Positions 1 through 13,662 of a stretch of 64,000 nucleotides of DNA are shown in pieces. The stretch covers positions 124,001 through 188,000 of the forward strand of contig MU619266.1 in the NCBI GenBank assembly GCA_025201805.1, in the 5' to 3' direction. Below the pieces are notes generated by a model. The model ran no database searches, had not been told where the DNA came from, and saw only the letters and a list, made by a program, of their open reading frames with translations. How positions within the stretch are numbered: the stretch's first letter is position 1; each line of letters opens with the position of its first letter. This DNA is from Parasitella parasitica NRRL 2501. Taxonomy: Eukaryota; Fungi; Mucoromycota. The position numbers and the translations under genes were made by a program.

Positions 1-1976
1 GTTTCGCTGTCATTATTGTTGTTACCAACAGTTACAGCAGCTGCTGCAGCTGCTGTTGCCTGTTGAAGCAGGATTAATTGATGAAGTTGGTCGGTTGTGA
101 GCAAAGGGAATGTCTGTGCAGCATTTATAGGTATATTGTTGGTTTTGTTTAGTATTGTGGCATGTGAATTGGAGAATAACTGCTGATTTTGCTGCTGTTG
201 TTGCAGCCTGAGCTGTTGTTGTTGTTGCTCTTGTCGTTGCTGCTCTTTTGCCATTAATCCCATCCAGTTAATACTTGGTGCCGAACCGCCATATTGAACA
301 GATGCTGATCTGATATTATTATTCGGTAGGATGGTGCGGACTCCTTTGGGAGCGGCATTACTCGTAGCGTTATTACTATACCCATTAAAAGGCGCAAGTC
401 CCTGATGTTGTTGCTTGGAGAGTAATACTTGCCGAAGTCCACTGCTATTGCCATCATTAAAAGGAGAGGATTGCTGATCTGGCAATGATCCTGAAACAAC
501 CATGGCTGCTTCTGGCTTGATCTTAACGTTGATACTTTGACTGCATTTAGCCTTGTTTTCTATGCTCTCCACAGCCGATTTTTTGTTTTCTTCACTCAAG
601 GAATGTCTTCGCTGCCGTTTATTAGTCAACGCCTGGTTTCCTGATGCGATCCAGGGTGTAAACATAATGGGTCTTCCTCCGGAGCCACCCCCGCTCGTTT
701 CTACCGCTTTTGCCCCAGTTCCTTTACTCATAATGCTACTATTACTACTAGTTTTATTGGGCTTAGAGTCTAGAGAGTTAGTGGATGAAGTCGCTGCCAT
801 GATATTCGTTGCTGTGTTACTATTGCCGTTGTTTCTGTTCCTCTTTTTGATGATGTTAGTCTTCAAGCTCAACGGTCTGACCACACCATGCAACTTTAGG
901 AACAAACCACATGCATTGCAAAGCGGTTTGCCTTCGGGATTTCTTCGCCATAATGGAGTTGTTGTGGTGTCACAGTTTGTACATTGCGTCGCTGTGGAGG
1001 AAGTGTCTTTTTTCAGAGATTGCTGCTGGTGCTTGCTAGAGGGCGGAGAAGGAGTTGCTGTAGGCGTAATTATCGTTGTTTGCAGAGATGAGGCAGTGTG
1101 ACCAACAATGGAATTTTCTGATGAAAGTGGAGTAGCTGGGAAAAATAGTGCGTGAGTAATAAATTATAAAGCACATGTATAAAATAGTTACTATAGTGAT
1201 TTTGTGTTTGTTGTTGTGGAGATGCTGATGGCGTTATATTATTGACATTATTGTTTGGTGATTTATCGTGGTAATACATTATCAGCATGTCCTCAAAACT
1301 TAATGCTCCTGCATTTACTGTGGTATTCATGTCCATTTCAATATCCATATCCTCGTCTTTGTCTTCGTCTACAGGTATAGTTATGCTATTGCTTGTAGTA
1401 TGAGGGAAATATGGTGATTTATAAGCAGCAAACTATATAATACATGTTAATATATCCTCTCCTCTGCCACAAAAACAGATATCTTGCCTTTTCATACATT
1501 TCAGTCCGTGAAGACACATCAAATGGTTGATTGCTCCTACATTGACTCAGTCTCTGTTGTTCTTGCTGTGATTGTTGGCTATTGCCACAAGCTTCCGTTG
1601 CAAAATTCAGATCACAAGGTCGAGTAGATGATGATAGGAGTTGAACTGTATCATCTGGTGCAGGGGATAAGCAAGAGGAATCTTGCTGTTGTTCTGTTAC
1701 CTTTTTCTTATTCAGTGTCATTGCCATCATTCTCCAGGTCAGATTTTCCAATCGAGAACCATTAGGTAGCGTGTCTTTAGCTTTTGTATACAGTCTCCAA
1801 ACTTGGGTTGCCAATGGATCCGTCTTTGATTTATTATTGGACCTTTCTGATTCTTTATCGTCTGCCATCGTCGATGATTTTCTTGGAGGAAATAATGAAT
1901 CTGATAAAAATGTAGAAGCGGCTATTGGAGGTGGCGCTGTTGGAGTCAGGCTTCCACTCTGTAATATCTTGTCCAT
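1..1976 (-). CDS. areA: AreA/Nit2-like GATA transcription factor, 3' end beyond the window. Exons 1976-1488, 1432-~1194 and ~1135-<1
   Basis: N-terminal DUF1752-type motif ([36 protein letters not shown]). Hand translation of ~990-840 gives the GATA finger [50 protein letters not shown]. The frame stays open through a Q-rich tail to the window edge. Confidence 0.88.
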
Positions 1977-3297
1977 ATCGATTGTTTTTAATGCTGTTAT
2001 TATTTCTGGAGATTCAAAGAAGAAGTGGAAAAGTTTAAAAGAATGTGAAAATTAAAGCCTTTTAAAGGTGTGCGTGTGTATTTGTGTATTCTGAGCAAAT
2101 CAGATTGCATAACCTTAAAATTGCTTAATTTAGTAAAGTGAAAATCTTCATAGGGTCATGTACAAATTAAAGCTGTACCACTACTTTACATTTACTACTA
2201 GTAGAATGGTTTTTAAGTCAAGCAAGCAGTGTAACAAGGAAAGTATCAAAAAAAAAACTGATGTATATCGGTGTGATTGAGTGTGATCGGTCACCTTCAT
2301 ACTCTTCGAAAGGGTATAATATCTTTATTATGCATCAGCACACATCGATTCAGCATCGTACCTGAATCCTTTTGAATTAACATGTTTAAAGCCAGCCATC
2401 TTGATTATGATCATTGATATCACTTTATAGGGTCTTTAAGAGCATTTTTACAAAGTTAATTACCTTATCAAGATTTGCTTTTATCCAATGCGTATGAGGG
2501 GCCAAAAAAGCAGATACTGAGATCCTTTTAATACTAATTAGTCGCAATTGTCTTTTACCCTAGGCAAGAATAGCTAAAATAACTGTGTAACAGAAATACG
2601 AATGACGGCAGTACTGCAAATTTGTAATTCTTAAACAAACGTGCAGTATAAATTGTAGTCAACGTAAGACTGGGTATAGCCCCGCCCCCCCCCCCACATA
2701 TCGATCTACTATCTACGGTCTTAGTGTCCATATAATTCATACGACGTCCTCAGTATGTGTTAAGTAAATCGTATATCAGTAAAAACAGTTGAATCCTACA
2801 TTCTATCATCTGGTGCGCAATACGCTCTATATATGCATGTATATGAGATAGTTCAACGCCGCTCTCCAGTGCATAGCATGTGATCAATTGTTTCTCTTAT
2901 CAACAAATTTATTATTGCTGTATTCTGCCTGCCAAAGAGAGTAACATTTGTAGGAGTTCTATTGAAAACATTGCCCCAAGTACATATTTGTTTGCCTATG
3001 GTATTCTCCAGTACAGAAATCTCATTATCTATCATAACATTGATGGAAGAAAGTTTAGTTTAGCCCATGAGGGAATTTTAGAGATTAAATAGCAGATATA
3101 ACACTAAATACAGCATTTTGTAGAGTACGTTGATAAAATTCTTTTATCTTTTTGTCGTATTTTGAAGTTTACAATATTTCAATAGTGCCATGTGAATTTT
3201 CTTGAGTAGTATTTAATAATTAAAGGGGAAAACGAGAGGAAGGAAGGAGAGGGAGCGAGGAGAGGTATATTATTATTCATTATTAATGTTATTGTTA

Positions 3298-5483
3298 TTA
3301 TTCATTATTTAAAAGACCAATTGCCTTTGTGCTATCTTCCCCGTACGCACAAGCTTTAGGATCAATCTTCACTTCATTAATCAATGTTCTCAAAAATGCT
3401 TGTTCATATTTTGAGTTTTCAAATACTGTTGTCAAACTTTCAGACGGACAACGCAAGAAATTAGGAGCAAACACCATGGCCAAGTTGTTGACATTCATTA
3501 GCGTGTGTTTTATCAGTGCAGGGTCAGTGAACTCTTGCAAAAAGCTGATGGTAAACAGCGCAATTCGTCGGTTGGTATCTGGTAATCGGTTGATGATGGC
3601 AATAGCCTTCTCAGGCATCTCTGCGTAGCGTATGCAGTCGTCGTAATCCTCAGATGATATAATGGGCTCTGCTAAATCTCGTAACCAGTACTTGAGTAGT
3701 GAAGCAGGCACATTGGGGTCTGTGATACCCGACGCATCGTAGTTACCGTTCTCAATACGGACACGCTGTGAAAGGTGTATACGGGGTTAGTCGTTATGGC
3801 TGGCAAGGCATGCAATGTTTCAGACATACCAGTTCAGTTACTGCATCAGCATCACCAGGCACTCGAAAGATGCCCTCTGACTTTTGGCCGTTGGTTTGGC
3901 GGACAGTGTTGGCTAAGAATGGCACGATATGAGGTATTTTCAGCGTAGGGTCCATGCTTTGCTGTAGTTCCATGATAAAGCCAAGCGACTCGCCAAATAC
4001 GGAAGGTTTGAAGGGTGCTTCCTGCATTTGCACATGGTTAAACACAACAATGAATCGTCAGTGAGTATTTATGAAAAGGCATACCTTTGCTCGGTTAATT
4101 TCTGCACTCGTCAGCACCTTTCCTTTTGCACCTCGAATGCAGACACGCTTTAGTTTTGCAGAGACATGCTGGCTCATGATATCGACCTGGTTCTCTTGGA
4201 CACGATGATTCTGCTTGACAAAGTTTGTAAGATAGGCCTCCAGATTCTTGGAGGGGGGAAAGGTGACGCTGATAATACACAGCAGCTCCCATCCTTTGCG
4301 AATGCTTTCACCACTGGGGTTGTCATGGAGCTGCTTGCACGTTTGGACATAGATTTCGTCTCTCATTTGGCCCTTTGTAATGCCACATGTCAGAATAGCC
4401 TGTATGTCTTCAATGTCGCTGGTATATTTGGGCCTCGATCTATCGCCCATGACCATCTGTATCATCTTGAAACACTTGTAAGCATCTTTGTACAAGTCTT
4501 TGTTCATCATGATTAAGGGCTGTTTGATTGATTCTTTTGTCCACTTTAGCATCTCTGTCATTGGCACCTTTCTTCTGAAGAGACCTCGTTTATGCGTTGA
4601 AAAGTACTTTTTTGCAAAGCCGTCAATTGCAAACTGATTGATTTCCTGCTGCAGCCCCATGGGCAGTGTCGGCTTCTTTGCTACAGGCGGATTTTCACAG
4701 CCAACCTGGTTCAGCGGATGCATTGCTACAGCAGCATCTGTGAAAAATTGTATTAATAATGAAAACAGCATAGAGACCGCAGAATACACAAACTGACCTG
4801 GATTATTTAATGGTGCACTGACAGAGTACCTCCTGCCCCAAGTGCTGGCTGCAGGGGAAGAAGTGCCTGTAGATCGTGAAACCAAATTCTTTAATGGATT
4901 AGTGCTACTTGCGGAAGATTTGCTCGTTCTCGTGAAGCTAGAAAATGCCGAGAAATGTGATCCTCTTCTCGATCTATGGCTATTGTTAAATAATTCAGTT
5001 GAAGGCTCCTATATTTTTCATATGGGGAGTAAGTAAAAAAAAAAGAAATTAAGGAGCATAATCTGCAGAGTCTGAACTCTAACCAACCTTTTGGATGATT
5101 GCAGAGCAGAAGCTCTGTTTTCTCGACGAGGATTTGGCCGATAGACCAAAGTTAAACAACAGACTGCCGCTGGTAGGGCTTGCGTTGGATGGCGTCGATG
5201 TGGTAGAAGATGCTGGACTTGTGCTGTTTGAGCTTGGCAACACGGCCGACAGCAGTGCTTCCTGGTCTGTAATTTGGATGGGCATGCTTTGGTTGCCAAT
5301 ATTCTGAGTCAGTATCTTGATTTCTACGGCTGATGAGGATCTAGCGATAGGACCCGCTGCTTTGGCTGCAGGATGGACTGGCATCAGATCCAGCGATCTG
5401 CTGTTCCTCTTGCTTGTGCTTCTAGTGTCGCTGTTGCTAAAGTAGTCTTCAGTTGCTGCTGTTTCTTGCAGTGATAGTGCCAT
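3298..5483 (-). CDS. MyTH4 + RhoGAP protein (ARHGAP39-like), multi-exon
   Basis: MyTH4 motifs (MLKWTKESIKQPL, RDEIYVQTCKQL, GWELLCIISVTFPPS) followed by RhoGAP with arginine finger EGIFRVPG, SLLKYWLRDL and MNVNNLAMVFAPN. The N-terminus is Ser-rich with no WW domain visible. Confidence 0.88.
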
Positions 5484-5571
5484 ATTCTCTCGGATGTTAA
5501 AGAAAGTTTTGCCAAAAATGAAAGGAAAACGAAAAAACTAGAGCCCCTTTTGTTTCAATTATATATAAATT

Positions 5572-5598
5572 GCACAGCACAGCACAGCACAGCACAGC
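5572..5598. repeat. Pentanucleotide microsatellite (GCACA)x5
   Basis: gcacagcacagcacagcacagcacagc read directly, just upstream of the RhoGAP start. Confidence 0.85.
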
Positions 5599-6335
5599 CA
5601 GTCAACAGAATGACGTTTAGTTGCTATAGTTGCGAGATATGGGATGCAGTGGGTCCAATTAAAGGCTCCTTGCATGTGTATTGTGCCATATACCACCTTT
5701 TTTTGTGAGTGTTCGGAGCGTCTCCTATTATTCGATAAGACAGGGTTAATCGGCTCGTTGTCATGATAATTTCCTTCTACATAGCATGAACAAACATCTT
5801 GTCAATACTTGAATTTAGTTGGCATTGATATATTGTGTATATTTATACCATGTTTTATCATGCCATGTTTGCTGCTGTGTATTGGATTAGACTGATGGAC
5901 ACATTATGCATTGGCTCATCCCTATTTGATTACAGTTTTATTGTCTATTCGATTTGATTGTTCCGAACCATGCCTGTGCTGTAACTGGCTGATCACGTAC
6001 ATCTTTCTGCTACACTCATAAAACCTGTTTGGACATGGCAGCATTCACAACAAATTTCAAAAATGACAACAGTACAATGGCTTGAATGCCGTACTATATT
6101 TAATCAGTCTGCCAATTAAAAAAACAGCAACAGACAAAGACATCCAAATGCCATGAAGACAATCAATATATGCTAACCTGCAACAATTTCATCGATCAAT
6201 TACAATGCCACGGTTTTTTTGGGTCTAGTCGGCAAATAAACATGTTACATTGCTACTGTACGGTAATTTACTCTCCTTGATAATTTTTGCGTTTTTTTTT
6301 TTTTTTTTTTTNNNNNNNNNNNNNNNCCTACAATA

Positions 6336-7932
<1,597 letters not shown>

Positions 7933-8095
7933 AGTTGTACTATACTATACTATTAAATAGAAATCACAATTTACATATTTATACGCATTCTAATACTACT
8001 TAATCATCAATAAATTGAAAAATGCCAAGCATGATTACAAGTTACAAATTTTATTATTCATTCATACTAATAAAAATACCAATACATGTTTACTT

Positions 8096-11000
8096 TTATA
8101 TCTTGTCTGGCATATTTCTTCTAATAACTGATTTCTGAAGTTCCACAAAAGAAACTAGGAACAGTACGCTAACAGCCGTCATGACCCAAGACTCCCAACC
8201 AACACTGGTCAGTTCCAACCATGTAGAGATACCAGGAGCATATATACCGAGAACCATCAATGAAAAAGACACGATGAATGCACCAATCATCCACCGATTA
8301 CTGGTGATGCCGGTTTTGAAAATGGATTGATGTACGCTTCGTGCATTGAATGAGTGGGTCAGTTGCATTGTAGTGAGCGTTGTAAAGGTCTATTTTGCGG
8401 ATCATACATGTACGTGTTAGTAGAGCCAACTCAGCCTATGAATATACACATATTACCATGGATCTAGCAACTTGCAATTCAAATTTCAGCACGTACAAAC
8501 TGACTGTATAAGCAGCAATAGACAAGGAAGCAATCAGCATTGAGTTGATGAAGATAATGAACCAAGTGAGTTTTGTAATTACTCCCATTTTTGGATTGCG
8601 AGGATGTCTTTTCATTAGGTCCTTTTCGTTTGGCTCAACACCCAAAGCCATGGCAGGAGGGATATCAGCTAGTAAAAAGGAGAATCAGTCTGCTGAACAA
8701 TATGGAAGAATAGATACACATACCGATAATGTTAGCCCACAATATCATCATAACAGAAAGAGGAACTTCAATGTTTGCAATAGTACAGATCAGCATCAAA
8801 AATATTTCAGCACCGTTACAACTCAAAAGATAGACAATAAACTTGAGAATGTTATCAAACACATGGCGGCCTTCTTCGACTGCCTTGACAATGCTAGTAA
8901 AGTTATCGTCCACAAGCACAATATCAGCGGCTTGTTTTGTAATCTCTGTGCCAGCTTGACCCATTGCAACTCCAACATCTGCTCTTTTAATGGCAGGTGC
9001 ATCTATTGCATCCACACACATGTATTAATGGTCATGCTTCTTAAATCTATCTCAGCAAGAGAGCACTTACCATTTACACCATCACCAGTCATTGCAACCA
9101 ATTCACCTCTTTGTTGCAAAGCGCGCACAATAGATAGCTTGTTATCGGGACTTACACGAGCAAATACACTTGGGAATGGATCTAATTCTATGATGGCATC
9201 ATCCGACAAAAGATCCAATTCACGGCCTAGAATGGCACGACTCATACCAGGCTTGTCACCTTGGAAAATACCCAGTTGTCTAGCAATAGCTGTAGCTGTT
9301 TCAACGTGATCGCCAGTAATCATCATGACATGAATACCAGCTTGTTGACAGGTTGCAACCGCCTCCTTGACCCCCTTTTTTGGTGGATCAATCAACCCTA
9401 CGAGGCCTATAAATACAAGCTGGTCTTCCGCCAAATGAGGGTTTTTAACTGCTGCAGAAGAAGAAGAAGAAGAAGCGTTTTCGTCTTGTTCGGTCGTTGG
9501 TGCGTCAGTCGAGACACTATCTTCTGGAATCATTTTATATGCTAGGCCTAAAACTCGTAAGCCTTGTGATGCCATTCTAACATTTTCATCATATACGTGA
9601 GAAGCAAAATCATCCGTCATTGGGCTAGTGCTGTTCGATTGCATGAAATGACTGCACTTTTTGAGCAGTTCCTCAGGAGCGCCTTTACATGTCATAATCA
9701 AGGCGTCGCTACTTTCAGCAGGTTGAGTGAATACAGAGCTCATCAGTTTGCGCTCACTATCAAACGCACGTTCAAAGACCTTCTTGTAGCCCAATTTAGT
9801 CCAATATACACGGTCCAGACCAGCCTTTTGCGCAGCTACAGTCAATGCAACTTCAGTAGGGTCGCCGATAGACTTGAGTTGGCCGGATTCTTCGTCACGA
9901 TTAATGGAAGAGTTGTTACACAGGCTGGAAACCATCAGTGCATGATATAATTGTTTTGAATAAGCATTCGGATTTGCCGTATCGATTGGCTTGGCCCGCA
10001 TAGTTGCATAATCGATTGTTTGTTGTTGTTGTTGTTTTTCTGGGTTCGAATTGTGTGTGTCTTCACGGTCGTCAGGAGCTGCTGTGGTAGTAGGAACAGT
10101 ATGTCTGATATGAATCATACGACGGCGCAATTCCATCGGCTCGCATACGATTTCACCATGTCGAGGATCCATAGACGTGGAATCAGTAAATCTATAAAGC
10201 GAATTGTCAGCGGTCCATAGTTCGGATGTCCCCATTTTCCCTTCTGTCAAGGTGCCTGTTTTATCCGAGCAGATGACCGTGACACTGCCCAACGATTCTA
10301 CAGCTGGTAAGGTTCGTACAATGCATTTACTAGAAAAAAAAAATTAAAAAAAAAATTAAGCATTTAGTCATAGTCTGTCGTTTTATGCGTACCTGGCTGC
10401 CATGCGTCTCACGCCAATAGCCATTGTTACTGTTGTTACAGCAACCAAACCTTCAGGAATAACAGAAACGGCTAGACTGAGTCCAATATTGACCATATCA
10501 CGAGCATCTCGCTTCCAAATAACACCAATGACAACCACTAGTGCGCAAAGGAAAATAGCAAGAGCAACAAGGTATATACCCAGCTTTGCTAGCTTTCTTT
10601 GAATGGGAGTCTTGACCTTGTTTTTAGACCCACTCTGAATAGCAGCACTGATTTTACCAATCTATATGTTATGGCTGTCATCATCTGTTTCAAAAACCAC
10701 AAAGTTATACAGCTTACCTCAGTATTGGATCCAGTTCGGACCACAATACCCTTGGCCCTACCACGAGTAACCGTAGTAGCCATAAATGCGTTTCCTTTAC
10801 AGTCACCAAGAGGGATTTTGCGAGTCTTTGCTTTAATGGCTTGAACATTCTTTTGCACAGGGACACTTTCACCGGTAAGGATACCTTCAATTACGCCCAA
10901 TTGAGACACTTCAATAAGACGAATATCAGCAGGAACGGCATCGCCTTCTTCCAGAACCACCAAGTCACCAGGAACCAAGTCTTCTGATCCTATCATTTGC

Positions 11001-12108
11001 TGCCGGCCATCGCGAATTACGGCAGCCTGAGGTACCTCAAGATTCATCAATGCATTCAGTGTTTTACTGGCTTTCCACTCCTGACTAAAACCAATGATGG
11101 TATTCAACACAACGACAATCAGCAATACAATCATGCTATTGAACTCCTTTTCGGCTGCCTCGACAATGGCAGCAGCAATGAGGATCAGAACCATGAAATC
11201 AGTCAGTTGTTCCCACAGCATCTTGAAAGCGTTTGGGCGAGCGGGCGTGGGGAGTTGATTTGTGCCGTACTGGTTTCGAAGAGCAGGGATCAGATCACTG
11301 GGTAGGCCGTTCTCCTTATCCGTTTGAGAAAACATACCCAGCAACTTTTCGACAGATCTATCGAAATACAAGGCTTGAGGAGGAGGCAAGATCACATCAG
11401 CCAGCGGGTTATTTAAAGCAGGCATCTGTGATTTCTCATCACTTGCCTTTACTTCCTGGGCTAGTGATGAGTTCAGTAGACGCTCCATATCACCGTGCTC
11501 ACTTTCCTTGGTTAGATCACGCCAATCAGCAAATTGATTGGGAAAGTAGCGGGCAAACAGCATGACCATAGCCAAAGCACCACGCTTTTGTCTGTTTGTA
11601 GACGACGAAGGCTGACATCTGTAGTGGATCTTGAGTTGGCGACGCAAATCGGATACATCCATTTCGCTTGTAACCAAACGAAACTCATGGACTTGCTGTA
11701 AGAAATCGCCATACAAGTAAAAGGCCTGATCAGCATCTTCGGTTGTCTTTTTCTTCAAAAGGTGTCCTTCGGTGTGTCCCATGTTCAGCAAAAGACCCTC
11801 CGACAACCTCTTCATAAGGCTTTGGTCTAAATATGGCTGGCTACCGTCCTTGATGCGGTAATCCATAACATAACGAAGACCTTCAAGGACCTCCTGCAGA
11901 GAAATGGACTTGTTGTCTTGAACATTGAACAAATCATTGACTATTACAAACATCAGACGACCAGCTACGAATCCCAGTATGAAAATTTCGTCATCTTACC
12001 ATAAACTTCAATCTGTTGTTCGACCGACAGTTTACCGTCATTTATTGAGAATACATCAATTACAGCATGTTGAATAGGTTCTTCAATTAGAGGTGGTTTT
12101 AGGGCCAT
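8096..12108 (-). CDS. Type II P-type cation-transporting ATPase (Ca2+ pump/ENA-like) with an N-terminal extension, multi-exon
   Basis: LTGES, VSVIPEGL, CSDKTGTLTEGKM (phosphorylated Asp), KGAPE, DPPK, MITGD, MTGDGVNDAP, ILWANIIADIPPAMALG. ATG at 12108-12106. Confidence 0.93.
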
Positions 12109-12689
12109 AAATGAAAAAAAAAAAAAAAGGGTCAAAATTAATTGTAAAGAAACGATCAGAAAAATTTTGCAGAAAAAGCAATGCATTTATAGGCAATAAG
12201 CGTGTGAAATATGTCACGTTTCATATAATAGGAAAGCCCATCACAATGCATGGAAGTCTTGGATAGTGCCTGCTCCAAAGTCGCCAATCTGGATTTGTTT
12301 GTAGTAACCATTCTGACAACCAAAAGTTGTAACAAGTGAAAGCGTTGCACAAGAGCACAGCAGCAATCTCGACCGAGCTGCCTACTTCGTTAATCTGTCC
12401 CGACGACGAAAGAATTTATTTTTAGCGACAAATTGTGTGTGTTCACCTTGGCAGATCTAACTTGACAAATACGCAATTTCCACCAACTGAACGTTTTGCA
12501 TGTGAGCACTTTGCATGTGATTTTGCTGAATCATTATGACATACTCGGAAATGCATCAGGCAATGCCCACTAACTTGATGTGTTTTTGAGCGCCTTTACA
12601 GTAGAACGATTCATTTTTTGGATGCCACAATCATTAATAAGACTATATAATGATGTGTGGCCGTGAATTGAATGGAGTAACTGATAATA

Positions 12690-13662
12690 AACTACTACGC
12701 AATATTGCAAATTAGTTATTTGGGGCAAAAAGTTTGCATAAACAGTAGTGATTTGATAAACGCCCACAAATCCTGGTCGGAAATTATGTGGTTTCCACAT
12801 AATGTACAAGATCTGTCCACGCTTGATTTTGTCAGCAGGCAGTTTGAGCTTTAGTCGACCAAAACCCGATTCTACAGCACGCACGCCCCATTCTGCGACC
12901 TGTCAATGCTTCTACTCGTTGAGCACTTTACCTGTAACAACCATATTCTTCTGCTCGGAGTTCTTGGGGGACCTTCAAGACCTTAATTTTGTAAACGTGT
13001 CTTGCAAGGAAAGCTCGGATCAGCCAACAATCGATATGGTTCTGGAAGGAGTTTTTCATACAAACTAGTTGCAATCTCAGTATCATGCCACGTTTCAGAG
13101 CAGTTACCCCAACAGCGTGACGAAAACGTAAAAAATACCACTTATGAATACGATTGACTTACCTGGCATAATCGCGAGATGTAATCCATCAATAAAGCCA
13201 AAAATTATGATGTCCCTAGTCTTATTTTCTCAAACTGTGTTCACGAGCAGCATTTCATGAAATTCGGCCATTTGAGTCTCCTTGGGCCAAGGAAGCCTTC
13301 AGCGAGCGTCGGGAGGACTGCTCCTGAACACCTTCTGCAGGATATATAATTCAGGTATCCTTTGTTCTGCTTATTGAATACGCAGTCGCTCCAGACAGCA
13401 AGCAAAGGATTTCTTGCTTCATTGTATTATGCAGATCCATTATAACCAAGGCCAACGCAAGGTCAGCATCCAGTCTAAAGTGGCAAACATAGTTATCTTT
13501 ATTTCTGGTGGTCAGTACCGTGTAAACAATTGAATATGAGAAATACACCAAACTTGCTGCATTGGTCTAATGTCGCTCATGTTTTGACAGCTCGAATATG
13601 AGAAACAAACCCGTATAGCATCCCGACGGTTTGGAATATAGCGAACAACTTTTTTAAATTCA
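12690..13662 (-). mobile_element. Decayed PIF/Harbinger (DDE_Tnp_4) transposase pseudogene
   Basis: Fragments in different frames: LALVIMDLHNTMKQEILCLLSG...ISR, WPKETQMAEF, FGFIDGL, GNCSETWHD, LLADPSFP, WGVRAVESGFGRLKLKLP...HNFR. They are separated by stops and frameshifts. No TIRs recognised; boundaries approximate. Confidence 0.75.

Noticed and set aside
553-1101. 182-aa hydrophobic ORF on the + strand
   Set aside because: Antisense shadow of the GATA-finger exon; the hydrophobicity mirrors N/S/K-rich codons on the coding strand.
2853-3092. Short overlapping ORFs between areA and the RhoGAP
   Set aside because: No recognisable motif or consistent splice model.
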